A stretch of DNA of 64,000 bases from Thermoanaerobaculia bacterium (GCA_044226625.1 JBGAGQ010000014.1:41329-105328); one strand, 5' to 3'; shown: positions 45,362 through 55,643, counted from the stretch's first letter. The notes: generated from the letters alone by a model not told the origin. Program-made: numbers and translations.

Positions 45362-46752
45362 GCCGGCGCCCCCGGCCCGCCGGCTCGGGAACGCTCGATC
45401 GCCGCCGTGATTTCCCGCAACGTGGCGAGGTTCAGCCGGTCCTGCTGGAGCGCGCTTTCAAAGACGATCACCGCGGCCACGAACGCGGGACGCGTGTCGA
45501 GCGAGCGGAAGATCGGCAACGTCCGTTCGGCCGCTCGCCGCGCGTTCCCGGCCAGACCTCGGCGTGAATAGATCGTCGCGAGCTCGAGCCCCGCCAGCGC
45601 GGCGTCGTAAGGCAAACCCGCCGTTTCGAAACCCGCCTGGACCTCGACCAGCGTCGCCTGGGCTTCCGTGAGGCGGTCGAGGCTCGCGAGGATCTGCGCT
45701 TCGAGCCAACGGAGGCGAAGCCGGTCGATCTCTGTGGCACCCGCCGCCCAGACTTCCGGACGATCGTGGAGCAAAGCGAGGGCCTCGACGAGGCGTCCCC
45801 CCTTCTGCTTACCGAGGGCCAAGTACTGCTGGGCGCAGAGGAGCAGCCGGGGCTCGCGCTCGGAGATCACCATCGAGGCGCCTCGACGTAGGCAGGCTTC
45901 GGACGTCTCGAGCTCATCCAGGAGGTAGAACAAGATCCCGAGGCTGATCCAACAGCGGCCTTGGCCGTGCGGTTCGTTGACGCTCCGATAGATCTCGAGC
46001 GCCGCTTCGAGCCGTTCGACACCGGCGGCAAATCGCCCTTGATCGCGATCGAGCGACGCCTGAAACTGAAGGAGCTGCCCCTCGTCGAGCGGGTCGAGCC
46101 AGCTCGCGGCGAGCTTGCGCTCCGCCCGGGCGAAGCAGCGCTCCGCTTCACGGTAGTCCGCGAAGATCCGCCGGACGTTGCCCAGGTGGGCCCAGGCTCT
46201 CGCCTGAGCCGAAGCGATCGCGGCGGCGGGGAGCTCGCGCGGGTCCAGACGGTCGGCGATCGAGATCGCGAGTTCCGCAGCTTCGAGCGCGGCGGCCGGT
46301 TCGGCCGGAGCGAGGCGGAGGCTCCGCTCGAGCAGAAGCTCGCAAAAGGTCCAGGTGGCGTAGCGATCGTCCTGTTCGATTCGGCCGCGCCGGACCTCCG
46401 GGGAGAAGCGGGCGAGCGCGCTCCAGAGCGACTCCGCCTCTCGGCGCTGCCCGTCGATCGAGGCCTCGTGGCGGGCGAGCGAATCGCCAAGATCGGCGAC
46501 CGCTTCGAGATCGTATCCGCCCTCCCAACGTCCTTTCCGAGGGAGCGAGGAATCCGAACGCCTATCTCCGGCCTCCGGGCCGACGAGGGACTTGGCGGCG
46601 GGGATCGCGAGCGAAGGGAGCAGGCCGATCAACCTCTCCTCGCAGGAGGGGCAGATCAGCAAATGGCGCTGGATCGCGTGACTCTCGGACTCGGCGAGCA
46701 GGTCGTCGAGAAACCGCTCCAGCGACAAAACGTCCGGGTGATCTGTGATCAT
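45250..46752 (-). CDS. TPR-repeat protein with an N-terminal zf-HC2 (anti-sigma-like) zinc finger
   Basis: HLLICPSC; helical repeats (ARAWAHLGNVRRI...YREAERCF; YDAALAGLELA); 3' end overlaps the thioredoxin gene by 112 bp. Confidence 0.75.
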   Translation of the reverse strand: MITDHPDVLSLERFLDDLLAESESHAIQRHLLICPSCEERLIGLLPSLAIPAAKSLVGPEAGDRRSDSSLPRKGRWEGGYDLEAVADLGDSLARHEASIDGQRREAESLWSALARFSPEVRRGRIEQDDRYATWTFCELLLERSLRLAPAEPAAALEAAELAISIADRLDPRELPAAAIASAQARAWAHLGNVRRIFADYREAERCFARAERKLAASWLDPLDEGQLLQFQASLDRDQGRFAAGVERLEAALEIYRSVNEPHGQGRCWISLGILFYLLDELETSEACLRRGASMVISEREPRLLLCAQQYLALGKQKGGRLVEALALLHDRPEVWAAGATEIDRLRLRWLEAQILASLDRLTEAQATLVEVQAGFETAGLPYDAALAGLELATIYSRRGLAGNARRAAERTLPIFRSLDTRPAFVAAVIVFESALQQDRLNLATLREITAAIERSRAGGPGAPAYLALPGLGLATSKAASAVSGAFQSEELSRPISLPLL

Positions 46753-46948
46753 CGCTCGGCCCCCATCCTATGGAAGCCTTCGGTGCCTATGCAATCACGA
46801 CGTCGCGGCGGTTTGCAGGCACCGTGACGCTGTGGAGGGGCATTTTGCAGAGGCTGTGGACCTCAGGCGATATTGATGATAAATTCGCTTACAAATACGA
46901 GGGCCGAGCTCAAAGGGGATCCTCGTCCTGTTCGAAAGGAGCCGTACG

Positions 46949-47809
46949 GTGAGCGAGATAGAGAACCGTGGATACGTAAAGCCCGAGGTGCTGGTCTCTA
47001 CGGAGTGGGTGGCCGAGCACCTGTCCGATCCCAACGTGCGGATCATCGAATCCAACGAGGACCCGCTCCTCTACCCGAGCGGGCATGTCCCCGGCGCCGT
47101 GGAAGTCGATTGGACGCGCGATCTCAACGATCCCCTGCGCCGCGACTATTTGGCCCAGGAGGGCTTCTCGGCCCTGATGCGGCGGATCGGCGTGACGCGG
47201 GACACCACCTTGGTTCTCTACGGCGACAAGAACAACTGGTGGGCCACGTACGCCTTCTGGGTTTTCCAGCTGTTCGGCCACACCCGGGCCAAGGTCATGG
47301 ACGGGGGCAGGGCGAAGTGGATCGCCGAAGGGCGCGAGACGACGCGCGAGGTACCCTCCTATCCGGAGACGCATTACCAGGCCCCTCCCCGCAACGATAC
47401 CGTCCTGCGCGCCTATCGCGACCAGGTGCTCGCCCACGTCGAGAAGAAGGGGAAGCTGATCGACGTCCGGAGCCCGCAGGAATACACCGGCGAGCGGATG
47501 CACATGCCCGATTACCCGAACGAAGGGGCGCTTCGCGGCGGCCACATTCCCGGGGCGAAGAGCGTCCCCTGGGCTCGCGCGGTGGCGGAGAACGGTACGT
47601 TCAAGGCGGCGTCCGACCTGCGCGAGATCTATGAGGGTGAAGCGGGACTCACCCAGAGCGACGACGTGATCGCCTACTGCAGGATCGGCGAGCGCAGCAG
47701 CCACACCTGGTTCGTCCTCTCCTATCTGCTGGGCTATCCCCACGTGCGCAACTACGACGGCAGTTGGACCGAATGGGGAAACCTGGTCGGCGTGCCGATC
47801 GAGAAGTAG
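46949..47809 (+). CDS. Thiosulfate/mercaptopyruvate sulfurtransferase (tandem rhodanese)
   Basis: [22 protein letters not shown], active-site [16 protein letters not shown]. Confidence 0.94.
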   Translation: MSEIENRGYVKPEVLVSTEWVAEHLSDPNVRIIESNEDPLLYPSGHVPGAVEVDWTRDLNDPLRRDYLAQEGFSALMRRIGVTRDTTLVLYGDKNNWWATYAFWVFQLFGHTRAKVMDGGRAKWIAEGRETTREVPSYPETHYQAPPRNDTVLRAYRDQVLAHVEKKGKLIDVRSPQEYTGERMHMPDYPNEGALRGGHIPGAKSVPWARAVAENGTFKAASDLREIYEGEAGLTQSDDVIAYCRIGERSSHTWFVLSYLLGYPHVRNYDGSWTEWGNLVGVPIEK

Positions 47810-47906
47810 CGCCGGCGACGTTTCTCCATCCGCCATAAGATCCTCTCGCCTCTCCGGCTCCGGCGATCGATCCGATCGCCGGGCCGGAGCCCCGACGGAG
47901 CTCCCG

Positions 47907-48371
47907 ATGACCGACACCGATTCGATGCCCCCGAAGCTTCGGGAGACCCTCGACCTGCTCGCGCTCTTGCCCGATCGCGCCGATCGGATCCAGCTGCTGA
48001 TCGACCTGGCGGATCGCTTCGAGGACGTCCCCGAGCGGGTGGCCCGCAGGCCCTTTTCTTGTGACGACCGCGTACCGGCCTGCGAATCCGAGGCTTACGT
48101 CTGGGGCGAGCGCCGGCCCGACGGTCGGCTCGACTTCCATTTCGCGGTCGAGAACCCGCAGGGCATCTCCGCCAAGTCGTTCGCCGCGATCCTCAAAGAG
48201 AGCCTCTCCGGCCAGCCGCTCGACCGGATTGCCGCCCTGTCGACCGATCTGGTCTACGACATCTACGGCCAGGAGCTGTCGATGGGCAAATCGATGGGCC
48301 TGATGGCGATGCTTCAAATGGTCAAGGCGCTGGCGAAGAAAGCGGCGACCGCAACGGCCGCCGCACCCTGA
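47907..48371 (+). CDS. SufE family sulfur-acceptor protein
   Basis: RVPACESEAYVW catalytic Cys motif; follows the sulfurtransferase. Confidence 0.85.
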   Translation: MTDTDSMPPKLRETLDLLALLPDRADRIQLLIDLADRFEDVPERVARRPFSCDDRVPACESEAYVWGERRPDGRLDFHFAVENPQGISAKSFAAILKESLSGQPLDRIAALSTDLVYDIYGQELSMGKSMGLMAMLQMVKALAKKAATATAAAP

Positions 48372-48441
48372 GACTTGACCCGGGGTCGGTGCGGGCGCAA
48401 GCTTGCGTTGACCACGAAGAGGGGGCGGGAGGGCTGCCAAG

Positions 48442-49998
48442 TTGGGTACTACAAGGTTTTCGATCACGCCGGGTCGGATCCGAGGGTGGTTGTACGCGAT
48501 CCTGGCTGTTCTATGTCCCCTCGGCGGAGCTTCCGCCGCGACCTTTACGGTGACGAACCTCGCCGACGCCGGACCGGGAAGCCTTCGTCAGGCGGTTCTC
48601 GACGCCAATGGGTCCCCCGGGGCGGACGAGGTGACGTTCGCCGAGGGCGTCTCGGGGACGATCACCCTGACCACCAACGAGATCGCGATCTCGGATTCGC
48701 TCTCGATCTCGGGTCCCGGTCTGGCCACCCTTTCGATAAGCGGCGGAGATCTCTTCCGGATCTTCTACGTCGAAAACCCGGCGGCCTCCGCGCCGATCGA
48801 CGTGGCGTTGTCGGGCTTGACGATCGAGCGGGGTCGGGGTTTGCCGATGCACGACTTGCCGTTTGGTGGGGCGGTGTATTCGAAAGGCGAGAACCTGACG
48901 ATCGTCGACAGCGAGATTTCCGAGAGCGTGGCGGAGACGCTCTCTATCGCGAGCCCCGGGTGCGGAGGAAACGTGGCCTTGTCCGGTCTCAATGGCGAGA
49001 CGTTGCATATCGTCAACAGCACGCTCGCGAATGGCAACGTCCTGGGCGGCGGCGGAAACCTCTGTGTCGCCGACGGCCGATTGATCCTCGAGCAGAGCAC
49101 TTTGTCCGAAGGAACGACGAACGGGGGGCAAGGCGGTGGCCTCTACCTGCGATCGTCCGCGGCCGACAACCAGATCGTGCTCTCGAGCCTCACCGGAAAC
49201 CTCGGTAGCTCCATCGGTGGGGGGGCCTATGCCGAGCTGGAAGCCTCCGGAGGCTTGACGATCGATCGAAGCACGATCTCCTTGAACAACGCCTCCACCT
49301 TGGGTGTCGGCGGGGGGATGTACGTTCTCGGCGGCCTCGTGCGAATCGACGGCAGCACGATCTGGGGAAACGACGCTCGGGTGGGCGGCGGAATCTTCGT
49401 GGACGGTGGCGAGGTGCGGCTCGAAAACAGCACGGTCTCGGGCAACAACGCGCACGAGTCGGGCGGGGGAATCTACTTCGACGGCTCCGCCGTCGGCATC
49501 CTGCGTTGGACGACGCTCTCCGATAACCGGGCACTGGGCGGAAACGCAAGCCTGGTGGTCGGAAGCCTCGGCGCTTCGGTCGAGCTGGATCATGCCATCG
49601 TGGCGAATGGAGCGACCCTGGATCTCTCTGGGTTTTCAATCGTCGCCAACTACAGCCTGATCGAAAACCCCGGGCTCGTGACGGTGTTCGGCTCCCATAA
49701 TCTGACAGGCGTCGACCCGCTCCTTGGGCCGCTCGCGGACAACGGCGGTCCGACCCTTACCCATCAGCCGCTTCCTGGAAGCCCCGCGCTCGATACCGGC
49801 GACCCGGCGATCCCCAGCCCGCCACCGGTCGACCAGCGCGGTTTGCCCCGAATCGTCGGTCCGGCGATCGATCGAGGCTCGGTCGAACGAGGACGGGGCG
49901 CGGTCGAGGTGCCGACCGCCTCGGGTTGGGGCCTCTTCGCGCTCGTCAGCCTCCTATCGGGTATCGGAGCGCTCAAGCTGCGTCGTTCCGTCCCATAG
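48442..49998 (+). CDS. Secreted beta-helix (polymorphic-membrane-repeat / choice-of-anchor Q-like) protein with an IPTL-CTERM sorting signal
   Basis: ATFTVTNLADAGPGSLRQA, repeated GGG(I/L)Y and N-A strands, LGPLADNGGPTLTH, DQRG, C-terminal VPTASGWGLFALVSLL...KLRR. Confidence 0.85.
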   Translation: MGTTRFSITPGRIRGWLYAILAVLCPLGGASAATFTVTNLADAGPGSLRQAVLDANGSPGADEVTFAEGVSGTITLTTNEIAISDSLSISGPGLATLSISGGDLFRIFYVENPAASAPIDVALSGLTIERGRGLPMHDLPFGGAVYSKGENLTIVDSEISESVAETLSIASPGCGGNVALSGLNGETLHIVNSTLANGNVLGGGGNLCVADGRLILEQSTLSEGTTNGGQGGGLYLRSSAADNQIVLSSLTGNLGSSIGGGAYAELEASGGLTIDRSTISLNNASTLGVGGGMYVLGGLVRIDGSTIWGNDARVGGGIFVDGGEVRLENSTVSGNNAHESGGGIYFDGSAVGILRWTTLSDNRALGGNASLVVGSLGASVELDHAIVANGATLDLSGFSIVANYSLIENPGLVTVFGSHNLTGVDPLLGPLADNGGPTLTHQPLPGSPALDTGDPAIPSPPPVDQRGLPRIVGPAIDRGSVERGRGAVEVPTASGWGLFALVSLLSGIGALKLRRSVP

Positions 49999-50112
49999 TT
50001 TCAGCTCTTCCCGAAAAGTCACGGTCCACGTCGGGGCCGTCGGCAAATCGAGCGCTTCGTCCGATCTGGAGCGGAGCGCGCCGATCCGATCGGCGCACTC
50101 CAAGACTCGAGC

Positions 50113-53100
50113 TCATTCGGGGATGGGCAGGCCCAAGGGTACCGATCCCAAGGGGTATCCGGCGGCTGCCACGGTCACATCCGGCGGGTAGTAGAGGGTG
50201 ATCCACTTGAGCAGGTCGGCGTCGTAGACGCGCTCCTTTCGCATCTTCAAGGTCTGGACGAACGGCAGGTTGGTTCGTCCGACCGGGACGCCGTTCACGC
50301 GGACTTCGCCGTCGATCGGCTGATTGTTGAACGCCTCGCGGGCCGTGACCGTGAACGTGGTGGGCATCCCCACGGGCGTCGGGAAGGGTTGGATGCTCAG
50401 TACCATTCGTGGGGAATAGAACGGCGGCCAAGAGATCGAGCCGTCGTTGTAGCCGCTCGACTTGACGACTCCGGACGGCGGGTTGCTGCCGAACGCATAG
50501 CTGAACGGCGCGTTCGCCGCCGCCACGTCCACACCATCCAGCCAGACGCGCGCCGCCACCGGCGCACCGGAGATCGAGTCCACGGCCCGGACGACGACGC
50601 TGCTGGTCCGGTTCTTCGGAATGCCGTTCGGTTCGACCGTCGTCTGGAACGTCGCACGGACCAGCGGAAAGGCGACGGTCTTGACCGGAAAACCAGGCGC
50701 CACCGCCCCTCCGCTCGTGCCCATGGCGGTAAAGGTGGTGACGAACGGCGCATTCGTCGAACCGACGTCGATTCCTCCCACGATCACGCGGCCGGCGACG
50801 GGCGCCCCGGTGCGCGAATCCGAACAGCGCACGGTGACCGCCGTGGCTTGGAAGAGCCGGATCGTCGTCGGCTCGACGCTCACCGAGAGAGTCGGCTTGT
50901 AGAACTGGACGGGAACTCCGGTTTCGGAGTGATCGTCGGCGACGACCGAGAGCTCCGGCATCACTTCGATCGTGGTGCTCGTGTGCGATTCCGGATCCCA
51001 TTCGGTGACGAAATGGCTGTCGAATCTGCGCTCTATCGCGACGTCCGTCGCCCCGGCGGCCACGTCGTCGACCATCAGCTGCCCGCGGATGGCGCTGCCG
51101 TCGAACGAATCCTGGGCGTGGATGGTGACCGTGGTCGAAACGCCAAGGGGGAGGAGAGACGGGGAAGCCGAGGCCGACATCGGCGTTTCGAACCGCATCG
51201 CGTCGGGAACGGCGACGCGGCCCAGAATGTCTTCCACCCAGAGCGAGGTGCCGTGGGCCGCCGCCCCGGTCGCGGTGCAGAGGCGGCGCAGGAGGTTTCG
51301 CTGTTCGGAGGTCGGCAGGAAGGTGTACCTGTGCTCCGAACCGGCCCGTACGAAATTGCCCGCGAATTCGACGTCGAGCAACGAAACGACGGTCGCATTC
51401 CCGCCCGCCACGGGCACTGGGTCGAACGCGGCGAGATGGACGCGCCAGACGTCCCGCGGCTGGGAAAGCACGATCGTGATCGGTGCGGTATCCGCGAGCG
51501 GCCAGACGAATCGTACGGTCTCGACGCCGGGCGGAGAGTCGTCCGCGGTGTTCGCGCCGATCGTGACCGAAGCGTTCACGTTCCCGTGGGCGAGGTTCAC
51601 CGTCAGCGGACCGAACAGGCCGCTTTCGAAGGGCAACAGCTCGTCGTCCCGCTTGTCCCAATGGAAAGCGAGCCAGCGATTTCCGCGTCGGAGGATCTTC
51701 AACCGGGTCTCTCGGTTGAAGATCGACGGAGGACGCTTGTGCGGCGCTAGCGGCTCGTCGGAAAGGTTCACTTCGAAGTTGGGGACCCGGAGCGGCGCGC
51801 TCCACCAGAACTTCCACGCGCGCAGGGTGAGCTGGTTGTCGACGTCGAGCCACGGGTCGCCTTGGCCGGCGAGGAGCGCCGCTTCGTCCGCGTCGCTCGC
51901 GGGCGTCACCTCGTAATACTGAGCTCTGGAGTCCACGTCGGCGTACACGCCGAAATGGCTGAACCGGTCGGCCGCCTGGAACACCTCTTCGGGAAGGAAT
52001 CTCCACGGATGGGAAAAACCGACGCTCGGGGCTTCTCCCGCGACGAGCTCGGGAATCGCCGGCACGAGGCGGTGGTCGAACGGCAGGTAACGCTGGACAT
52101 ATCGGCCTTGGACGCCGTCTCGATAGCCCTTGAGATGGATCGTCAGGTCCTCCCGCAGGCGAATCGTCTCGGGATAGACGTTACGTGTTGTGGCGGACGC
52201 CGGTGGCAGGATCTCGTCGGCGCCCGTTGCGACGCTGGATTCGGCGGCGGTCGCCGGCAGGGCGCGCCAACGCCAGGTCGTGTCCATGGAGGAGAAGCTG
52301 AAGTTCGTGCTGTAGATCAGCGGTTGCCCGCTGTTTGGAGGGTTACCGGTCACCAGAACGATCTGTCCCGCGACGGCGAGACGCGAGTTTGCGGCGATGC
52401 GTCCGGCATGGAAAGGGCTCCACCACTTGGCCCTGTCCCAATGAGGATAGAGCTTCTCGGAGCGTCCTTCCTCGTCCTTCAGATCTTTGACGAGGGCAAA
52501 CATCAGTCCTTCCGTGTCGGCGGGATCCGCAAGGCGCCAACGCTGGGAAAAATAGGTTTGCTCGTCGATGAGGAGGAGTGCGTAACGGACCGGTTGCGAA
52601 GGCAGCTCGACCAGCAGGTAGAAATTCGACGTTCCGTCGATGAATCCGTCGCCGTCGCGTAGAGGGCCGTTGAAGAGTCGGTATCCCCAAGAGGCGGTGA
52701 CGAAGTCGAGCGGCCAGCCGAAGCGCGTTCCGGTAGATAAAGGCTGCAACTCCCCGCCGAACCCCCGCTCGTATTGCTGGTGGGCGTGGACGTGGCCGAC
52801 GGCGATGTCCAGGACTTTGGAAAATTTGATCCCTTTGAGGACCACCGACCCGGCGCCGCCGATGAATTTCGTCTCGTCTCGGAGCTCGATTCCGGCGGGA
52901 GGTGCCGAGATCAGGGGAGCCTCCGACTCGAGCTGCTCGCGGGCCCCGTGGACGATCGCGTCGATGGTGTCGGTCACCTCGGTCGCCGTTGGATGCCAGT
53001 AGGCAAATCCGGGCGCGTGCTCGATCGCTCGAGCGAGGAGATCGAAGCCCAGCATGGCCGGAGAGAACAGCCCCAAGGGAGTGCGGCAATCCAGCCGGTG

Positions 53101-54117
53101 CCAAACTCCGCGCTCGACCTTCACCACCATGAAGTCGCCGACGTTCTTCTCCATGACCCAGCGGAAGGTCGGAAAGCGCTCGGCATGCGGATGGTCGAAA
53201 TAGTTGCCGACCAGGTGTGCGACCTTGTCCTGGACGAGGGAGCCCGGTTGGTTGAATTCCGGATCCAGCTTGAAGTAGTTGCTGGGCACGGCCAGGTCGC
53301 CCCCGTCGTCGTCGCCGTGGATGAACGATTCGTCCAGGGTCGCGAAATAGAAGGCGCCCTTTCCCACTTCTTTGGCGAAAACCCGCCCGCCGCTGGCAGC
53401 GATCAAGTCGAATGGCGGCGCCGGATATTTGACGCCTTTCCGAAGCACGTCGTACGAAACCGCCTGCGCGAGGGTCTGTCGAATGCCGTTCGGATGGGTC
53501 GCCACCACGGTGCCGTTCTGGATCTCGAATTCGTAGCGTTTCCCGGTATCGCGGTAGAGAAAGCGTGCTCCCGACTGGCCCTGGTCCAAGGCGTCGGACG
53601 GCGGACCTCCCATGCTCCAGGCTACCGCCCTGTGGCGGGGAACCGAGGGGATGTCCAGTGGATCCGAGGCGGGCTGGACCGGGTCCAGCATGTAGTTGTG
53701 ACCGAGGACGCTGCGGAAGATCGGAAGCGCCGGAAAATCCACCACTTCGAACCAGCCGTCGAAGACCTGAATCGTGCGGTCTTCCGTAAGGGGCGGCGGC
53801 AGCATGCCCGCGACCGCCGCGCCGCGGACGTGCTCGCCCGGGGCGGTGAAAGTGCCGTTTTTCGAGAAGCGCAGAAAGTCGCCGTCCGGTCCTGCCGCCT
53901 GCCAGATCCAGAAGCGCGTGGTTCCCGCGACCTGAATCTGTAAATGCTTGTTGGGGAAGTCGGTCGAGTTGGGCCAGGGGACCCACATGTCGACCTCGAG
54001 GCTCGTTCCCGGCAGTACGTTCACCCCATGTCCCAACGTGTTTTGATTCTCAAGGTTTAACAGCCGGAGGATCGACGTGCCGCGATTCTCCAGGCGGTTG
54101 ATTCGGGTAATGCCCAT
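50113..54117 (-). CDS. Large hypothetical protein (1334 aa) with about four C-terminal Ig-like repeats
   Basis: Uninterrupted 4-kb ORF; RBS GAGGAG before ATG 54117; repeats of the form SV(E/Q)P...VTV...D...GAPV.GRV...G..VG.TN.PF. Confidence 0.8.
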   Translation of the reverse strand: MGITRINRLENRGTSILRLLNLENQNTLGHGVNVLPGTSLEVDMWVPWPNSTDFPNKHLQIQVAGTTRFWIWQAAGPDGDFLRFSKNGTFTAPGEHVRGAAVAGMLPPPLTEDRTIQVFDGWFEVVDFPALPIFRSVLGHNYMLDPVQPASDPLDIPSVPRHRAVAWSMGGPPSDALDQGQSGARFLYRDTGKRYEFEIQNGTVVATHPNGIRQTLAQAVSYDVLRKGVKYPAPPFDLIAASGGRVFAKEVGKGAFYFATLDESFIHGDDDGGDLAVPSNYFKLDPEFNQPGSLVQDKVAHLVGNYFDHPHAERFPTFRWVMEKNVGDFMVVKVERGVWHRLDCRTPLGLFSPAMLGFDLLARAIEHAPGFAYWHPTATEVTDTIDAIVHGAREQLESEAPLISAPPAGIELRDETKFIGGAGSVVLKGIKFSKVLDIAVGHVHAHQQYERGFGGELQPLSTGTRFGWPLDFVTASWGYRLFNGPLRDGDGFIDGTSNFYLLVELPSQPVRYALLLIDEQTYFSQRWRLADPADTEGLMFALVKDLKDEEGRSEKLYPHWDRAKWWSPFHAGRIAANSRLAVAGQIVLVTGNPPNSGQPLIYSTNFSFSSMDTTWRWRALPATAAESSVATGADEILPPASATTRNVYPETIRLREDLTIHLKGYRDGVQGRYVQRYLPFDHRLVPAIPELVAGEAPSVGFSHPWRFLPEEVFQAADRFSHFGVYADVDSRAQYYEVTPASDADEAALLAGQGDPWLDVDNQLTLRAWKFWWSAPLRVPNFEVNLSDEPLAPHKRPPSIFNRETRLKILRRGNRWLAFHWDKRDDELLPFESGLFGPLTVNLAHGNVNASVTIGANTADDSPPGVETVRFVWPLADTAPITIVLSQPRDVWRVHLAAFDPVPVAGGNATVVSLLDVEFAGNFVRAGSEHRYTFLPTSEQRNLLRRLCTATGAAAHGTSLWVEDILGRVAVPDAMRFETPMSASASPSLLPLGVSTTVTIHAQDSFDGSAIRGQLMVDDVAAGATDVAIERRFDSHFVTEWDPESHTSTTIEVMPELSVVADDHSETGVPVQFYKPTLSVSVEPTTIRLFQATAVTVRCSDSRTGAPVAGRVIVGGIDVGSTNAPFVTTFTAMGTSGGAVAPGFPVKTVAFPLVRATFQTTVEPNGIPKNRTSSVVVRAVDSISGAPVAARVWLDGVDVAAANAPFSYAFGSNPPSGVVKSSGYNDGSISWPPFYSPRMVLSIQPFPTPVGMPTTFTVTAREAFNNQPIDGEVRVNGVPVGRTNLPFVQTLKMRKERVYDADLLKWITLYYPPDVTVAAAGYPLGSVPLGLPIPE

Positions 54118-54246
54118 GGCTCGCTCCTCAAGCGACGTTCGAAGAGGGATACGCCGGCTGTGGGGGAGAAGTTGCGCAGCTCTTGTCGGCACCTCGGCGA
54201 GGGACCGCGGGGGGTGTTTCGTGGTGGTAGGGTTCGTCCCCGCTCC

Positions 54247-54990
54247 ATGCGTCGCGCCGACCGCCTGTTCCGCCTGCTGCTCCGCCTCCGCCCCGGCCGG
54301 GTGGTGACCGCCGCGCGTTTGGCGCGCGAGCTGGAGGTCTCGGAACGGACGGTCTACCGTGACATCGCCGACCTCGCCGCGTCCGGTATGCCGATCGAGG
54401 GGGAGGCGGGGGTGGGCTACCGGCTGCAGGGGATCGACCTGCCGCCGCTCATGTTCGAGCGCGACGAGGTCGAGGCGATGGTTCTCGGCGCGCGCGTGGT
54501 GGAAGGCTGGGGAGACGAGCGGCTCGCCCAGGCGGCGACCGAGGCGCTCGCGAAGATCCAGGCGGTCCTGCCGCGTGGGCGCTCCCACCTGATCGATGAG
54601 ACCCGGCTGTTTGCGCCGGTCCACGGCCGACGCCCCGCCGAGCGGCTGCCGCTCTCGGTGTTTCGCTTGGCCGTAAGAGATCGGCGCTTGGTGAAGATCC
54701 GCTACCGCGACGAAAGCGGGGCCGAGACCGAACGCACCGTCCGGCCCCTGGCCCTATCGTTCTACCCGCCCGTCTGGCTGCTCGTCTCCTGGTGCGAGGC
54801 GCGGTGCGACTTTCGCAGCTTCCGGCTCGATCGGGTGCTCGATCACGAGACCCTGGCGGAGGTGTTCTCCCCCGAGCCGGGCAAAAACCTCGCCGACTTC
54901 GTCGCAAGGATCGAAAGGATGGAAGAGGAGCGCCAGGAAGCCGATCTCATCCAGGCCCGGCGGCCCCTCGCGTCTCAATCCTCGCCGTAA
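54247..54990 (+). CDS. YafY-family HTH-WYL transcriptional regulator
   Basis: MRRADRLF, VTAARLARELEVSERTVYRDI, GEAGVGY, ERTVRP, WLLVSWCEARCDFRSFRLDR. Confidence 0.94.
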   Translation: MRRADRLFRLLLRLRPGRVVTAARLARELEVSERTVYRDIADLAASGMPIEGEAGVGYRLQGIDLPPLMFERDEVEAMVLGARVVEGWGDERLAQAATEALAKIQAVLPRGRSHLIDETRLFAPVHGRRPAERLPLSVFRLAVRDRRLVKIRYRDESGAETERTVRPLALSFYPPVWLLVSWCEARCDFRSFRLDRVLDHETLAEVFSPEPGKNLADFVARIERMEEERQEADLIQARRPLASQSSP

Positions 54991-55451
54991 GGCATGTCGG
55001 GGGTCTTGCCGACCAGCCGGGCGTACACCGACAGCGCGCCACGATGATGGCCGGTGTGGTCGATCAGCGCTTCCAGCGTGTGGTAACGCGGCCGCTGCCC
55101 GAGGATCGGATTGTCCGGCATCGCCGCCGCAAGTTCCTCGTTCGATCGCTCTTCGACCGCTTTGCGCATGCGCTCCCAGGCGTCGGCCATCCAGGTGCGG
55201 GCGGTCGCGAGCGATTCGATCTTCGCGGTCTCGGCGAGCGCCGCCTCGAAATCCATCTGCCAGTTGTCCGCGAAACCCCCTTCGCGGAACCAATCGATGG
55301 TCTGCGCGGCATGGGCGACCTGGCCCGCCACCGTCATCATCTCGGGAGTGGGGCGGAAGGCCGAATCCTCCTCCGCGAAGCAGCGGGTCGTGCGGTCGAA
55401 AAATTTAGCGGTCGCGGCGATCGCCTGCAGCGCCTCGGCTTTCAAGTCCAT
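54975..55451 (-). CDS. DinB/YfiT family protein
   Basis: FRPTPEMMTVAGQVAH, HTGHHRGALSVYARLVGKTP (His triad); RBS GAGGAG. Confidence 0.9.
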   Translation of the reverse strand: MDLKAEALQAIAATAKFFDRTTRCFAEEDSAFRPTPEMMTVAGQVAHAAQTIDWFREGGFADNWQMDFEAALAETAKIESLATARTWMADAWERMRKAVEERSNEELAAAMPDNPILGQRPRYHTLEALIDHTGHHRGALSVYARLVGKTPDMPYGED

Positions 55452-55516
55452 GGCAACGTCTCCTCGATGCGCCGCGGGTCCGTCCGGCGGCGCAAGGAGA
55501 GCATCGCGCACTCCTC

Positions 55517-55534
55517 CTGACAGCGTCTTGTCAG
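55517..55534. promoter_or_regulatory. Palindromic operator CTGACA-N6-TGTCAG, probable site for the adjacent WYL regulator
   Basis: Perfect inverted repeat 66 bp upstream of the dinB-family start. Confidence 0.65.
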
Positions 55535-55643
55535 CAGAGTTTCGGTCTCGCGCCGGAAGAGAGCAATGTGGGTCTGGCCCCCCTCCTAACCTTCGTCCGC
55601 AAGCGGGGGGAGGAATTCTTCCGCCCCGCCTGGATCCGAGACC

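Noticed and set aside
54118-54624. N-terminal extension of the 1503-aa ORF 50113..54624
   Set aside because: It is antisense to the yafY-family gene; a good RBS supports ATG 54117.
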